Below, piece after piece: positions 38,401 to 50,324 of a stretch of 64,000 bases of DNA. Each line of letters begins with the position of its first letter. Positions within the stretch are counted from its first letter, which is position 1. The notes below the pieces were generated by a model. The model was not told the origin of the DNA, did not search any database, and saw only the letters and a program-made list of their open reading frames with translations. A program made the translations under genes and the position numbers. Source of the stretch: Lytechinus pictus. Taxonomy: Eukaryota. The DNA lies in the NCBI RefSeq assembly GCF_037042905.1, contig NC_087251.1:19532001-19596000 (forward strand), given 5' to 3'.

Positions 38401-41400
38401 AGTCCCTTTCCGTTTATGGTCATTGCACTTCTCTGCCATTACACGGTTTATAGGACTTTTGTTAGATATAAGGACTGAGGTAAGGAGGAATGAGGGAGGG
38501 GGTGGACTTGATCACTCGAAGTCTCACTGATGTAATGGCTAAGAGGTATGGGGGTCTCATTTCAAGCGGTGCATCATACCCTGTGTTTGTAAGCGGCATC
38601 AACCTCCACCGCCTGCTCATATTTACCAGTGGATTCGATCCCACAAGCGAGCCCCTTGCGTATTTGCTATTTATCTGCAGCCACCCTCGTGAAACAGGTG
38701 AAACAAGGGAAGCGTCCCCAAAATGAGTATTTGATCGTTAACACGCTATCGGAGCAATCTGTGTGCTCACAGGGGCTGGGTGGCGTATTCGTTTCGCAGA
38801 TTGACGCTTTATTGAGATGCGAATCAACATACCAAGGTCGCAATTTCACGAGCCGCCAAGATTGCCATCTTTGCCCATTCCAAACCGCCTTCTAAAATGA
38901 TAATGCTTCTGACACATCGATGACATGGTGATAAGTTGGTAGCTCCTTCCTAAGAATCTAAAGTGTCATGAAAAGCTTTAACACGATCCAATGTTTTCTC
39001 TTTTCTTGCCGATCAGCAGAGGGGGTAATAAATCGGATACCTGGTAGAGATAGAGATCGCGATATATTAATGGGAGGTGAAAACAAAAGCATCACACCAA
39101 CACGGTGTAATCTAAGAACGAAGGCGTACTCAGTATTTACTCTTATTCAGAAATCATCTTTTTCTCAAATCTTAACGCGATATCAGATTTAGAGGCTCTG
39201 ACTGTTTTAAATGCAGCCTTTGATAAGTTCTCACTAAACCATATTTTACGAAAAATTATTTTTCGCCGTAAATGCTGAGTCGTCCTTTATAAGTTAACTT
39301 AAAACGAGAAACTATATGCGAAAAGATTTTGATTCTCATTTTTGAACATTTTTTAGCATCCCTTCTAGTGAGCATGTACCCACTAAGCGATCGGGGCCAT
39401 TGAGCCCCCTAGCTCATCGATCGCTGATATAAAATGCATTTGCAGAAATCGTTTCTAACGCGTCTTGACGACAGAGATATCTCACGTAGACAATGCGGCT
39501 GATTCTGACGATGAGTGTCGGTACGTGAGTACAACTCGCATTAGTTCCCATATCATGACAAATCGATACGTCTTGTGGATGCAAGGCAAGTCCCAGTTGA
39601 GCGATCGTACAGGACAGGAACATCCTTCCATTCTCTCTTCTATAGCATCGGGTTCCATGCATCACACAAAACGTCGAAATTTCCGCCTTTCGTGCACATC
39701 GGTATGCGCACTAGCACGATACGACTGAGCGAAATGACAACCTGTGACGCCGATCATTGCTTGCCCAAAGAAATCAACGCGCGCGCGCGGTCATAGCGGT
39801 AGAAACGATCATCGTGCTCTCTATTTCCTGTCGTCATTTTCTTCCCAACGAACCCAAACTCCTTCAGAAGCGTGTCTTTATTTACTCCGAAGTGCCATTT
39901 AAATGTTTGTTGAGAACGTGTCGCAGTAATTGAATCCGATGTTCGTGTTTAATGGATGGCACATCCCGCCATTAGCACTTTTCTCATGATTTCTTCCTAT
40001 TTCAATAACCTTGATTTATAATATTATAATCGTCCTTTAAGAAAGAATCAAATACTTCCACAGTCCCACACGCATGCAAATTTCTCACATCTATCCGCAT
40101 GTACACTCCCTAACTCAAGAGAAGACGTAAAGGGAGAAAACCGTCAAATCCACTGCAAATGTTATTGAAAATAGAAACATATCGAAAATGAATAATCAGT
40201 TCGTTTGAAAGAATGTTATACATGTACTAACCCTTCTTAATAATGATAAGCATAATTGACAAGACAAGTCGATTGTTGAGGTATATATATAAACCTCGCT
40301 CATTCATTTGAGGCGCTGGTGTATTCAGAGAGACAGATAATGGCGCGAGGGTTGCGCACTGCCCGGGGCCTAACATAAATCTCTGCGATTATGCATACCA
40401 AGTACGTTTCAGAGTGTCGTGTGGTTAGCAAAAATCGAAATATCCCTCTTTTTTAACCTGCTCTCTCTCCCCTCTTCTCCATCCCTTGGCTCTGCTTCTC
40501 GCTTATTCTATCGAAGCGAGGCATATGCCACGCTGTCTTGAAATTCAAGATGGGATGCAGGTTGTGAATCAGTCCCATCTCCTGTACGCCATGAAAATGG
40601 TTGTTGGTTTCATGCTGATATGATCTAGGCCCTACGGGGGGTTTAGACGCTACCGGCACGTCTAACCCTCCACTGGGGCTGCGCAGTTTAGCCAATATCA
40701 GCAACGCGCTGGCGGCTTTTTATTCACAGTGCGCGATGAATGAAGGGCCGGTGGAAAAGTGAACGGGGTGCAGCGAAACGAGAATGAACACAAAACGACG
40801 ATTCCACTCGGTAGCTATCGGTACACGCCCCTGGGCACAAGCATTGCAAAATAAACTCAATAACCAAATTTGGCGCGAAGATGCATAGGGAGACGACTCT
40901 GTTTTCTTAGCGAGTCACGTCGGGGCTAGATTCGCTTCAGAATAATGAAGAGGTCTTCATGTCATAGGCAGAAAGAAATGAGGTGTTAGAAAGTGAAAAT
41001 AAGAGAAACCTATTCAAACTAGCAGATCATATTCGTCATACAAGATGAGCGCAGTATAGGGTTGCCATAATGAACATGATGAATGAATCATTCACCATTG
41101 TCTATATAGCTCTGTCCGCTGGCAGTTTACTTCAAAACAATGTATCATTAAAAAAAACTTTAGAATTTCGTAAATTTCAATATAGATAAAGATAAAGAGT
41201 TAAAAAAAATCATTTTTTCATCTACTGCCGAAAGTGACATTGTCATTCACGGTGCACTTTCTTAAACCGATTTCATGAAATAAACCTAAACTTTCCTTGC
41301 TATGCAGGTGAATCCGTTGTAATTTAAATAACTTTCTATGAGGTCGAAGTATTAGCAGGTTACGATTGATGAATGCTAATAAAAAGATGAATAATAAATC

Positions 41401-43004
41401 GTTAAAAATGAATACTGGAATTCGATATGTGGCTATGCAAATTATTTGTGTTTTGAAAATAGAAGCTTTGATTTAAACAAAGTGTAATTGTACATTTAAA
41501 GTTCTTCCCTTACTAACCCAGTGGCAGCGATGGGATATAATCTGAATGAGTTGTGCCTCAAAATAGGAGCATGGGCAAACAAATTCGATTTTTAGAATTA
41601 GTGTAGATCTACAGATTCATCATAAATTATTCAACTATTCTTATTTTTTTGTTGAAAGCATCCATCTGTGAGAAATCAACGGAATTATGAATATGACATA
41701 ATGGTTTTGATGACGGTTGGAAGTAAACGTTAAAGGAAGTGGAAAGAAAATGGTGCAGGGTTTATGGGAATGTGATATGTGTGTGGGTGAGAGGGTGTGT
41801 GTGTGTTTGTGAAAAAGAGAGAGAAAGAGAGAGGGGTAGTGGAAGAATAGAGACACGGACAATGAGATAGAAGTAAAAAAAAAGTAGAAAAGAAGATTGC
41901 TGAAAAATAAGTTTGCTACAGGTATAGCCATGAACAAGATATCCACGCTTAATTCTTATCGTTTCAAACACCTCGCTGTTCGTAGTGATAATCACTGCCG
42001 ACAATGTCACTAAACTCTTTCCGCCCCGGGGTCACAGATCATGTTGAGTCCCAATTAAACCCGGTTGTATGTTTGTAGATAAGCAAAGCACACCACACAT
42101 GACAACGCGCGCTTTCCCCAATACAATGACTTCACATCAAACACAGATAACATCCCGTTGGCGGCTTCTAGCCCAAAGTAAGCCAACAGGTCTCGACTTA
42201 ATTTCCTCCCCCCATTTAAACAGAATAGAATGGAAAGAGTGAGAAGGGGTGAAAGGACGGCAACATAACAAAACTTGGCTTCATTACCGCAAAGTACAAT
42301 CAACTTTCCATGTTCGGTGACAGATAAATTGCATTTTGAGTGGTCCCTCGAATTGAGCATCTCTTTGCCCTCTTCGCTTTCATTCTCTCAATCGTATTCA
42401 ACCTAGTTAACTCCTATTCTTTCCCTTTTTCCCTCTCATTCTCTGCTTTGCTCCATATTGTTCTTGCTCATCTTAAGATGGTGTATGTTTATCATCGTGT
42501 TTATGTCCATGCCGTAGGGACGTTGGTGACTTTCATTGTTCGTGTGCGATATTCTCCCTCGACTCCTAATTTGCCCTAATTTTCACACCTAACCGCCCCG
42601 CCTTCAGAGTCGTGTCTATATATAAGGGCTCGAGGAGCGGCGTTCACATGAGAGGCCTTTAGAAGCCAGTCTAATTGGAGATCGCTTATAAATAACCTTA
42701 CTGCTATTTACTTGAGAACAGTGTATTTTCTATGGATTTTCTACTCATTATGATGGTAATGAACGACACATTCCTAAACTAAGTCAAGTAAATTGCCTCT
42801 TTCTCTATTACTGATTTAAACTTGCATCACATATATTCATCTTTATGATCTGAATACATTTTGAGACCGTATGAATTTTGCTGAATATAATTCGTTGTGC
42901 ATATTATGCTTACTGAGGCTTCTGGCTTTGAGCGAAGAGGTGGAAGAAAATTTGTCAAACCTCTACTGCTCCCACCGCACCACCCAAATTGTGTCTTTTA
43001 TAGC

Positions 43005-43213
43005 ACAGGTGAACAAATGGGGGGGGGGGGCTTGTCCCACCCCAAAAAATAAAATGTTGCACTACCAAGAAAAAATATAGAAAAGCATGGAAAATTAAAG
43101 GTAAAGAGTGAAATATTAGATTCATTTTCAAATATGATGTCAAAATCTTTCCATAAACCCAGCATATCAGATGCCCCCCCCCCTCATTTGTTTTCTTGCT
43201 CATTGCGTTACTG
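43005..43213. mobile_element. Family A repeat copy (internally deleted)
   Basis: Poly-G, purine-rich tract and poly-C, ending in 'gctcattgcgttactg' like the terminus at 743. Confidence 0.5.
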
Positions 43214-45159
43214 CTCAGTGATGTGACTTTAAACCACCACCACAGCTCGTATGAACATATATACACCTCCGAATTGAACCTGTTCTGTGAGCAATACTGA
43301 GGGTTTTTACCCGAGGCTTCCTTGACGCATTACTAAGCATGATTTTCGCTTTCGGTAATTCAATACGAGATCTTCTTTTTTTCGCACTGCCCTTATCAGA
43401 ATTCAAACATGACCGTAGTTCTCATCTACAGCTGTTTTTTTTTATTGTTCATTGCAGATAAATTGTCAAATTTCAATGATGGTTGTATATAACCCAATGG
43501 TGACTAAGAAAAACCGAGATAGAAAAATAGATAAGCGGCATTCGGAACGGGAGTGTCTCCCGGTACAGCAATCAATGATAAAATGTCGTCTCGTCATCCG
43601 TCTGTGGAAAAAATATCAACAAGTCGGCTAAATACTATTGAAAAAAAAAATCAGACAAGCTATTCATACATGATTAAGCTCTTTGAGATTGGTTGTAAGA
43701 CCTTTGCGATGATTTAATTATAATTCAATTTTGTACGTTCAAAAAAAAAGTCGCACGACCAAAATGTGAAGCAACATTACCGAAGGGTATATTTTTTTTG
43801 ACAAAACCGTTCTCCGGTTTACGAAAATAATATCATAATGAAAATAAATGGAACATGAAATATCAGAATCTATTTCACAATCACGATTAGTCTCATGGCA
43901 AGAAGTTATATGCATTATTATGAATCACATAAAAAATAGAATTCATTTCAAAGCACAATATTCGGGTAATGCCCAAACAATATCATCATAATAATAGTAT
44001 ATCATTTATTATGATACACTCTTGAAAGGGATTCGTCAAATTGTTGTCCGACCAACAAATATTCTCAAAATCAACCAATTTATTGGTGAGTGTATATCAG
44101 AATTTTTGATTAATATTGAAAATTTTATTCGGTCGGAAATGTATTCGCCAACAATTTGTTTGTAAGTTTATACCAGCGCACAACAGTCGGTCTCGATTTA
44201 CATGTACCTTCACTTGCCATATATATTTGTCCCTTTTATACAATATTTATGACACATAAAGAAGTGAGCTTTTAACGATGTTATGGTACATGAATTTAGA
44301 AAGTGGGCAGTATCCACCTTCGTTTTATACCGAATTGCGGCCACATTTATGATTTAGAGCAAACCAACCCAACAACAAAGAAAGTTAATTTACCAAAATA
44401 TCAACGACTCTTGTAAAGGGGGAAATTATATAATTTTGGCGAATGCGGGAATATCATTGCACATCTATATGTATCCCTCCCCAACCCCCCCCCCCCAATT
44501 TTGTTTTATCATCATCGCAAGCATTATACTATCAATCAAGGGAAATGATGCATGCCTTTATTCATCTCTCTCTCTCTCTCTTTCTCTCTCTCTCCCTCTC
44601 CTTCCATCTCCCTTCTTTCCCCTCTCTACCCCTCTCTACCCCCTTTCTCCTTCTCAATCGATATTGCTTCTATGTCCACCATCTTTTTTCATCCTTTTTG
44701 CACAAATTCAAGCCCGGGGATGCGTATTACACCTTGTATCACCACACTCTCTTCAAAGCAACAAACCATTTAGAAACAAACATACCGTAGGATTCACTTA
44801 TTTCAAATGCACACATGCATACAAGCAAGAGATGAAGATAAAATCAATAAAAGTAGCATCTGATTACGTGTCCGTAAACTTTGGAGTACACTTGCTCCGT
44901 ATCATGTCTGTGTAATTTGTTTATTACTAGCAATCTCTCTCAATGCTTTTAGGCACAATATTAAAAAAATATATATATTTATTTATTCATATCTGATTTA
45001 TATACAGACATGACAGAGTGGCACAAATCACCAACTTAATGGTCTTCCATGTGACCCTCTTAACAAAAAATATATATATATCAACAACAAATAGCAGTGA
45101 TGAAAAAACTAAATATAACAAAATAATACATACTATTTACAGGCACGTTGGTACACAAA

Positions 45160-46720
45160 CACGGGCAGATCCAGCTTTTGCCAATAGGGGGCCGATTTTT
45201 TTATCCACATTTTCCCCATCGGCTGATTTTTGTTGGTTTCTTCGAAGGGTAGTCCTAACGGTTACTTCTTAGCTTCATTCTTAGAAAAAAAAGATAATTG
45301 GATCTCATAAGTCCTATTTAAATAATGCGAGCGCGATGAGCAAGGTAAAATTGTTGGAAATTGTGTGTATTTTGACCTGAAAATAAACATTCTGAGCAAT
45401 GTTTGGGATCATGAACAAGATGCGTATATGTCACTAAAAAATTACTGCGAGCGCGAAGCGCAAGCTGAATTTTTTAGTATACTGGCCTGATTAGTAAGGG
45501 ACCTGTTAAGGACTGTTTGCAGTTATCCATTAAGACGATATATATTTCAACAATCAAATAATGTGAGCGCGAAGCGCGAGCTGAACTTATTTGTGATAAT
45601 CCAACCCCCCCCCCCAAAAAAAATCGTTATTCTAAGCACTTTTTTATAATCATGAATAGGATAGGTATGTAACTAAAGAAATTAGACGAGAGCGTATACC
45701 ACAAGCGGAAAATGCGATTTTTAGATATAAAACGGGATATTCTATTAATATCTTGTAATCATGAAAAGGATGAATGGGTATCTTCCTATATGAATAGTAC
45801 GAGCGCGAAGCGCGAGCTGAGTTTTTTGTATATATTCTGATTTAAAAATGGTCAATTTAAGCACTATTTCAAGCACTATGTGGGAAAATTGTGAAGAGGA
45901 TATGGATCGCACTTAATAAGTGAGGCGAGCTGGTGTTTTGTTTTTTGTATTGTTTTTACCTACAAACGGGACACTAAGCACATTTCGTCATGATATGAAA
46001 AGGATTACAATCTTTCTAATCTTTTTCCTAAGCGCGAGCTGAAAATTGTTGATATTCCGATCTAAAAAGGGATAATTTACGGGATAGGGAATCAATGAAA
46101 GGATATTATATCACTTAATAATGTAATAGGCCTAATGAGAGCGCGATTTTTTTAATACTAAGGCCTGAAAAACTGGACATTTCAAGTTAAGCACTTTTGT
46201 AATTATGAATATGATGCAGGGATTAATATATCTTTAACAATTAATGCGAGCGCAAAGCGTGAGCCGAAATTTATTATAACCTGTCATGAAAAGAGGCCCT
46301 GGGATTTAAATAGTTTGTTAAAAAAAACTGAGAATGTATATACAGAAGTATACATATCGCACTAATCAAAATGCGAGCGCACAGCACTAGCTGATAAGTT
46401 TTGATAATCAGACCTGAAAAGGAATATTTTGAGACCTTATGGAATACACGAAGAGAATAGTTATTTCAAAAATCAAAAAATGCGAGCGCGTAGCGCAAGC
46501 TGAATAGTTTCGATATTCAGACCATAAACGAAATATTTTACAGAGCACTTTTTAAAATCATTTTGTAATTCAAACAAAACAATGAAAGTTCGTTGTCCGA
46601 ACTAGCTTAAGTATTATTTGTATATTAACTTCAAAACTGGATATTTTAAGATCCATTTCAGGCTACTGAGCAAGATATCATATCGTAGAGGCAATGCGTG
46701 CGCGAAGCACGAGCGAAAAT
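45160..46720 (+). repeat. Diverged ~115-bp tandem array with a conserved GCGAGCGCGAAGCGCGAGCTGAA motif, probably internal to a DNA transposon
   Basis: Motif or remnants near 45327, 45447, 45563, 45686, 45799, 45920, 46031, 46137, 46246, 46373, 46482 and 46696. The left end 'cacgggcagatccagc' is TIR-like; no right TIR was seen. Confidence 0.85.
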
Positions 46721-46928
46721 GATTTTAAATTTAGATTTGCATTGATTTAAATAAAGATGAAATGTTTAACAGACCAATAATAATGGACTAAATATGCGAA
46801 AATATGTCAATTTTTCATTTAGGCCTAATAATTGATTTATCAAGTTCATCGAATTATGAATTACAATGATAGACCAGTTGAAAATGACTATGGGTCATTT
46901 TGGTGTAACTAATATCATTAATATAGTC

Positions 46929-47060
46929 ACCGTAGAACAAGAAATGAAACAAATCAACCAAACTGGGAATAGGATGGCGATACTCGCCCAGAACAGAAGA
47001 AACTGGCGTTCAGCTGTGGAGACCTTATGTACTGCCAAGTGCAAAGAGGATTAAGTAAGT
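46929..47060 (+). mobile_element. RTE-clade LINE 3' end, 5'-truncated
   Basis: TVEQEMKQINQTGNRMAILAQNRRNWRSAVETLCTAKCKED* contains the RTE C-terminal AQ.R..WR..V.ALC motif and is followed directly by a (TAAG)n tail. Confidence 0.85.
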
Positions 47061-47202
47061 GATTAATACAGCGACTATATATTTGTACCTAATTATATTC
47101 TTTTAAAAGAAAAATGTGTTTCAATAAAATGCAATGTGAAAACATTACGAACTAGCTAATGTAATTGTTGCACCTTGCCGACAATGTCATCTAATAAGTT
47201 TA

Positions 47203-47652
47203 GAGGGGAAGTAGCAGAAAAAATAAAACATATTGGTGAAGTTTTGAGGAAAATCCATCAAAGATTTAAAAAGTTTTTAGATTTTGTTTATATTTGTGAC
47301 GCCATATATGCGAGCAGCTTTCCATGTATCGTGGATTCAACATATCGATGAAATGTCATTTTCTCAAAAAGTTGAAAATGTGTTTTATTGCATATACCTT
47401 TAGTATATCAACAGAAAAATCTTTTCACACTCGCTCCTGAAAGAAGAAAATTTTTAGTCATCACGATCCATCAAAAACTTGGAATTTATGCATTTATTTT
47501 TAATAACATAACACATTGTGCATCACTCGTACATGACGTCACATATAAAAATGTTGAAATTCAAATGACTTTCTTAATCTTTCATGGATTTTCCTTAAAC
47601 CTTCACCAATATTTTAATCATTTTTCACTGTTTTCAGGGTGAACTTCTCCCA
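47203..47652. mobile_element. Degraded Kolobok-like MITE
   Basis: Inverted arms atattggtgaagttttgaggaaaatccatcaaaga / tctttcatggattttccttaaaccttcaccaatat, with termini aggggaagt / acttctcc. Confidence 0.6.
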
Positions 47653-49581
47653 TAATTACTTGTTTGATTAAGAGTGTAAATTCAGTTCGACCTGACGGAA
47701 AAAATATTACAAGACATCGGCTACTGTGTGGAATCTCTTTAATGGTCTGTCGACTATTCTTTGAAATGAATAAAAAAATGCTCGCAAATATGTTGATAGT
47801 ACATACGTGTCATATACATTTTCAGTTTAGAGTGGGATTGTTCTAAATATAAAGATATGAGAGATTTTTACAAGTGACCAGAAATCTCTACGATATATTT
47901 ATATTTCATTTCAAGAAGCACATTTCAAAAACAACTTCAACTCTTTCTAAGAATCATGTCAGCCGATAGAGGTCGTTCTAAATCGTTTTTTGTTTGTGTG
48001 TGTAAATGTATTCAAGCCTAGAAAATGGCCATCCTTTGAACTGCTTCACACCTTTTCCTATTCAACCTCGGGCATCGTCCATTTTCTGGCACAAACTTCG
48101 GACAATCAAGATTTAAATCCGGATACCCTGCCATTAGCGAGAAGAATATATCTCCTTTGAATGTGACAGAATATAATGTGAAGCCGTTAGACATCATTAA
48201 GGGTTTTTTGTTAAAGCGTTCATTGTTTATTGTTCACCTGTTCTATGTTTAGCACAAGAAATTAGCCAGGAAATCAATGTCTATCTGAAGTATCTGCAAT
48301 TAGAAGATAGGAAAATGATGATCTGATAAAAATACTTTGCTCATCTCGCTCATTTGCATGTATATTTCTAAATACTGCACTTCTAATTAGAGTCTATTTT
48401 AAGTTTCGATATGTATGTCATTATTCTTATTAATCACTACATAATATTAAACTAGGTAAATAAAACATACATGGGAAGGGCGCTACTTTATTAAAAATCT
48501 TTTTTTTTAAATCAAATTTTCACAAAGAAACGACGGTTGAAAAAAGTCATGTATACTTTTGTAATTTGGCATGTAGGATGATAATTTACCAATACTTCAG
48601 GCGGAATATAACTTTTATATACTGTAGGCCTATATTCGTAAAACAACTTTTTTATGTGAAACGTAATGTTAGAATTGGTGGAAAATGCTAAATTTAGATA
48701 TGACGTTTATCTCCGTCATATTTTGATATCTATATCAACTATTTTAATAGTCAATACATACTGTGTGATCTACATCATACAAAGGATGACACGCAACATA
48801 TTTTTGTATGTTACTGTTAAATATTTTATTTGATTCAATTTGATTTAATTTTCTCTCCTGCATACATTCATATAATTTCTGTAAAACATTTTTTTTCATG
48901 ACATGACATGAGAACCTTTTGACAAATATATATTACTCATTTCGGATATCACAATTAATAAACGGTTTATAATTAATATGTTTATATATATGAAATGAAT
49001 CTTCAAAAATATACATAAATACAATTTGTTTGTGCTTGAAATTAAGAAAATATTAAAAATAATAATATTCAGAAATAAAAAAAAAAAAAAAAAAAGATTT
49101 GCAAAGCAGAAAATGGTTTTCATTAGCAGAATATATGAAAATTGTTACTTCCTCTTTTTGAAATTAATAATTATTTCAGAGGAAGACACTTCCTTCTGTC
49201 ATTCTATTCTGTTCTCTTATGATACTCTTGACTGTGTTGATATGTAATTGAATTTAAACAAAAAAATACTAAATAATAACTTGAAGAAATAATAAAAAAA
49301 TGGAAATGAAAACAGACCAACTAAATAATATAAATTCAACAAAAATGAATAAATGGATGAACAGATACATAGATAGATTGCATTAATAAACAAGGATGGT
49401 GTTGTTGATTATGATGACGATAATGGTGGTGATGATGATGATGATGATGACCATGCTGATGATGACGACAAAATCTGCGAAATGGACTGAAATCAATTAT
49501 GATTAAATAAAAGAAATATCCTTTGTAACGCTTGTAATTGTATAAGACATTAATCTCTTAATATCCCGTATTTTTTATCGA

Positions 49582-50324
49582 CAGTCATTAGCGACCACCT
49601 GTGTGCATTTAAAACCTGTATTTAGTGGCCACCATAGACGTCTCCGCATACATTCGTAATTCCGAAGCTTCGTTGATTCGGATATTCCGAAGGTTCGTTA
49701 TTCCGAATGTTCGTAATTCCGCATACATTCGTAATTCCGAAGCTTCGTTGATTCGGATATTCCGAAGGTTCGTTATTCCGAATGTTCGTAACGAAGGTTC
49801 GTTAGTCCGAAAACGAAATGAGGTTCGTAATTCCGAAGGTTCGTTAGTCCGAAAACAAAGTGAGGTTCGTAATTCCGAAGGTTCGTTAATCCGAAAAAGA
49901 AATGAGGTTCGTAATTCCGAAAGTTCGTTTGTCCGAAAACTAAATGATTAACTAACCTTATTTCGTTTTCGGACTAACGAACCTTCGGAACAATGAACCT
50001 TATTTCGTTTTCGGATAAACGAACCTTCGGAACAATGAATCTTATTTCGTTTTCGGATTAACGAACCTTCGGAATAACGAACCTTCGGAATAACGCCACA
50101 AATGTTCGGATTAACGAACCCTTTTACGTTTTCGGATTAACGAACATCGAGGTATAGGCAATTTGCGTGTTTCGGAATTACGAACCTTCGGAATAAAGAA
50201 CCTTCGGAATTACGAAGTGTAACCGATGTCTCCCATTGAAAAAGAATATATATTGAATAACCTGTCTATAAAGATCACCTTTCTCCAGTGGTCATTTGTT
50301 TCTTTAATAGACCGGTTCTCACTG
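49582..50324. mobile_element. Degraded Tc1/pogo (Tigger-like) MITE interrupted by a nested insertion
   Basis: Starts cagtc..agcgaccacctgt, has internal acctgtctataaagatcacct, and ends taatagaccggttctcactg. The halves rejoin across the insertion as ccatagacgtctcccattg. Confidence 0.55.
49645..50225. mobile_element. Fold-back element (581 bp) built of ttccgaaggttcg subrepeats, with a 7-bp TSD
   Basis: Termini cgcatacattcgtaattccgaag / cttcggaattacgaagtgtaaccg and TSD acgtctc / atgtctc. The ~42-bp units are direct in the left half and inverted in the right half, and the left end is duplicated with a 75-bp period. Confidence 0.88.

Noticed and set aside
45300..46720. CRISPR array
   Set aside because: Eukaryotic context with no cas genes, degenerate repeats, and ~95-bp 'spacers' that are homologous to each other.
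49625..49951. 108-aa repetitive ORF (VRNSEGSLVRK repeats)
   Set aside because: A by-product of the 42-bp subrepeats in the fold-back element.
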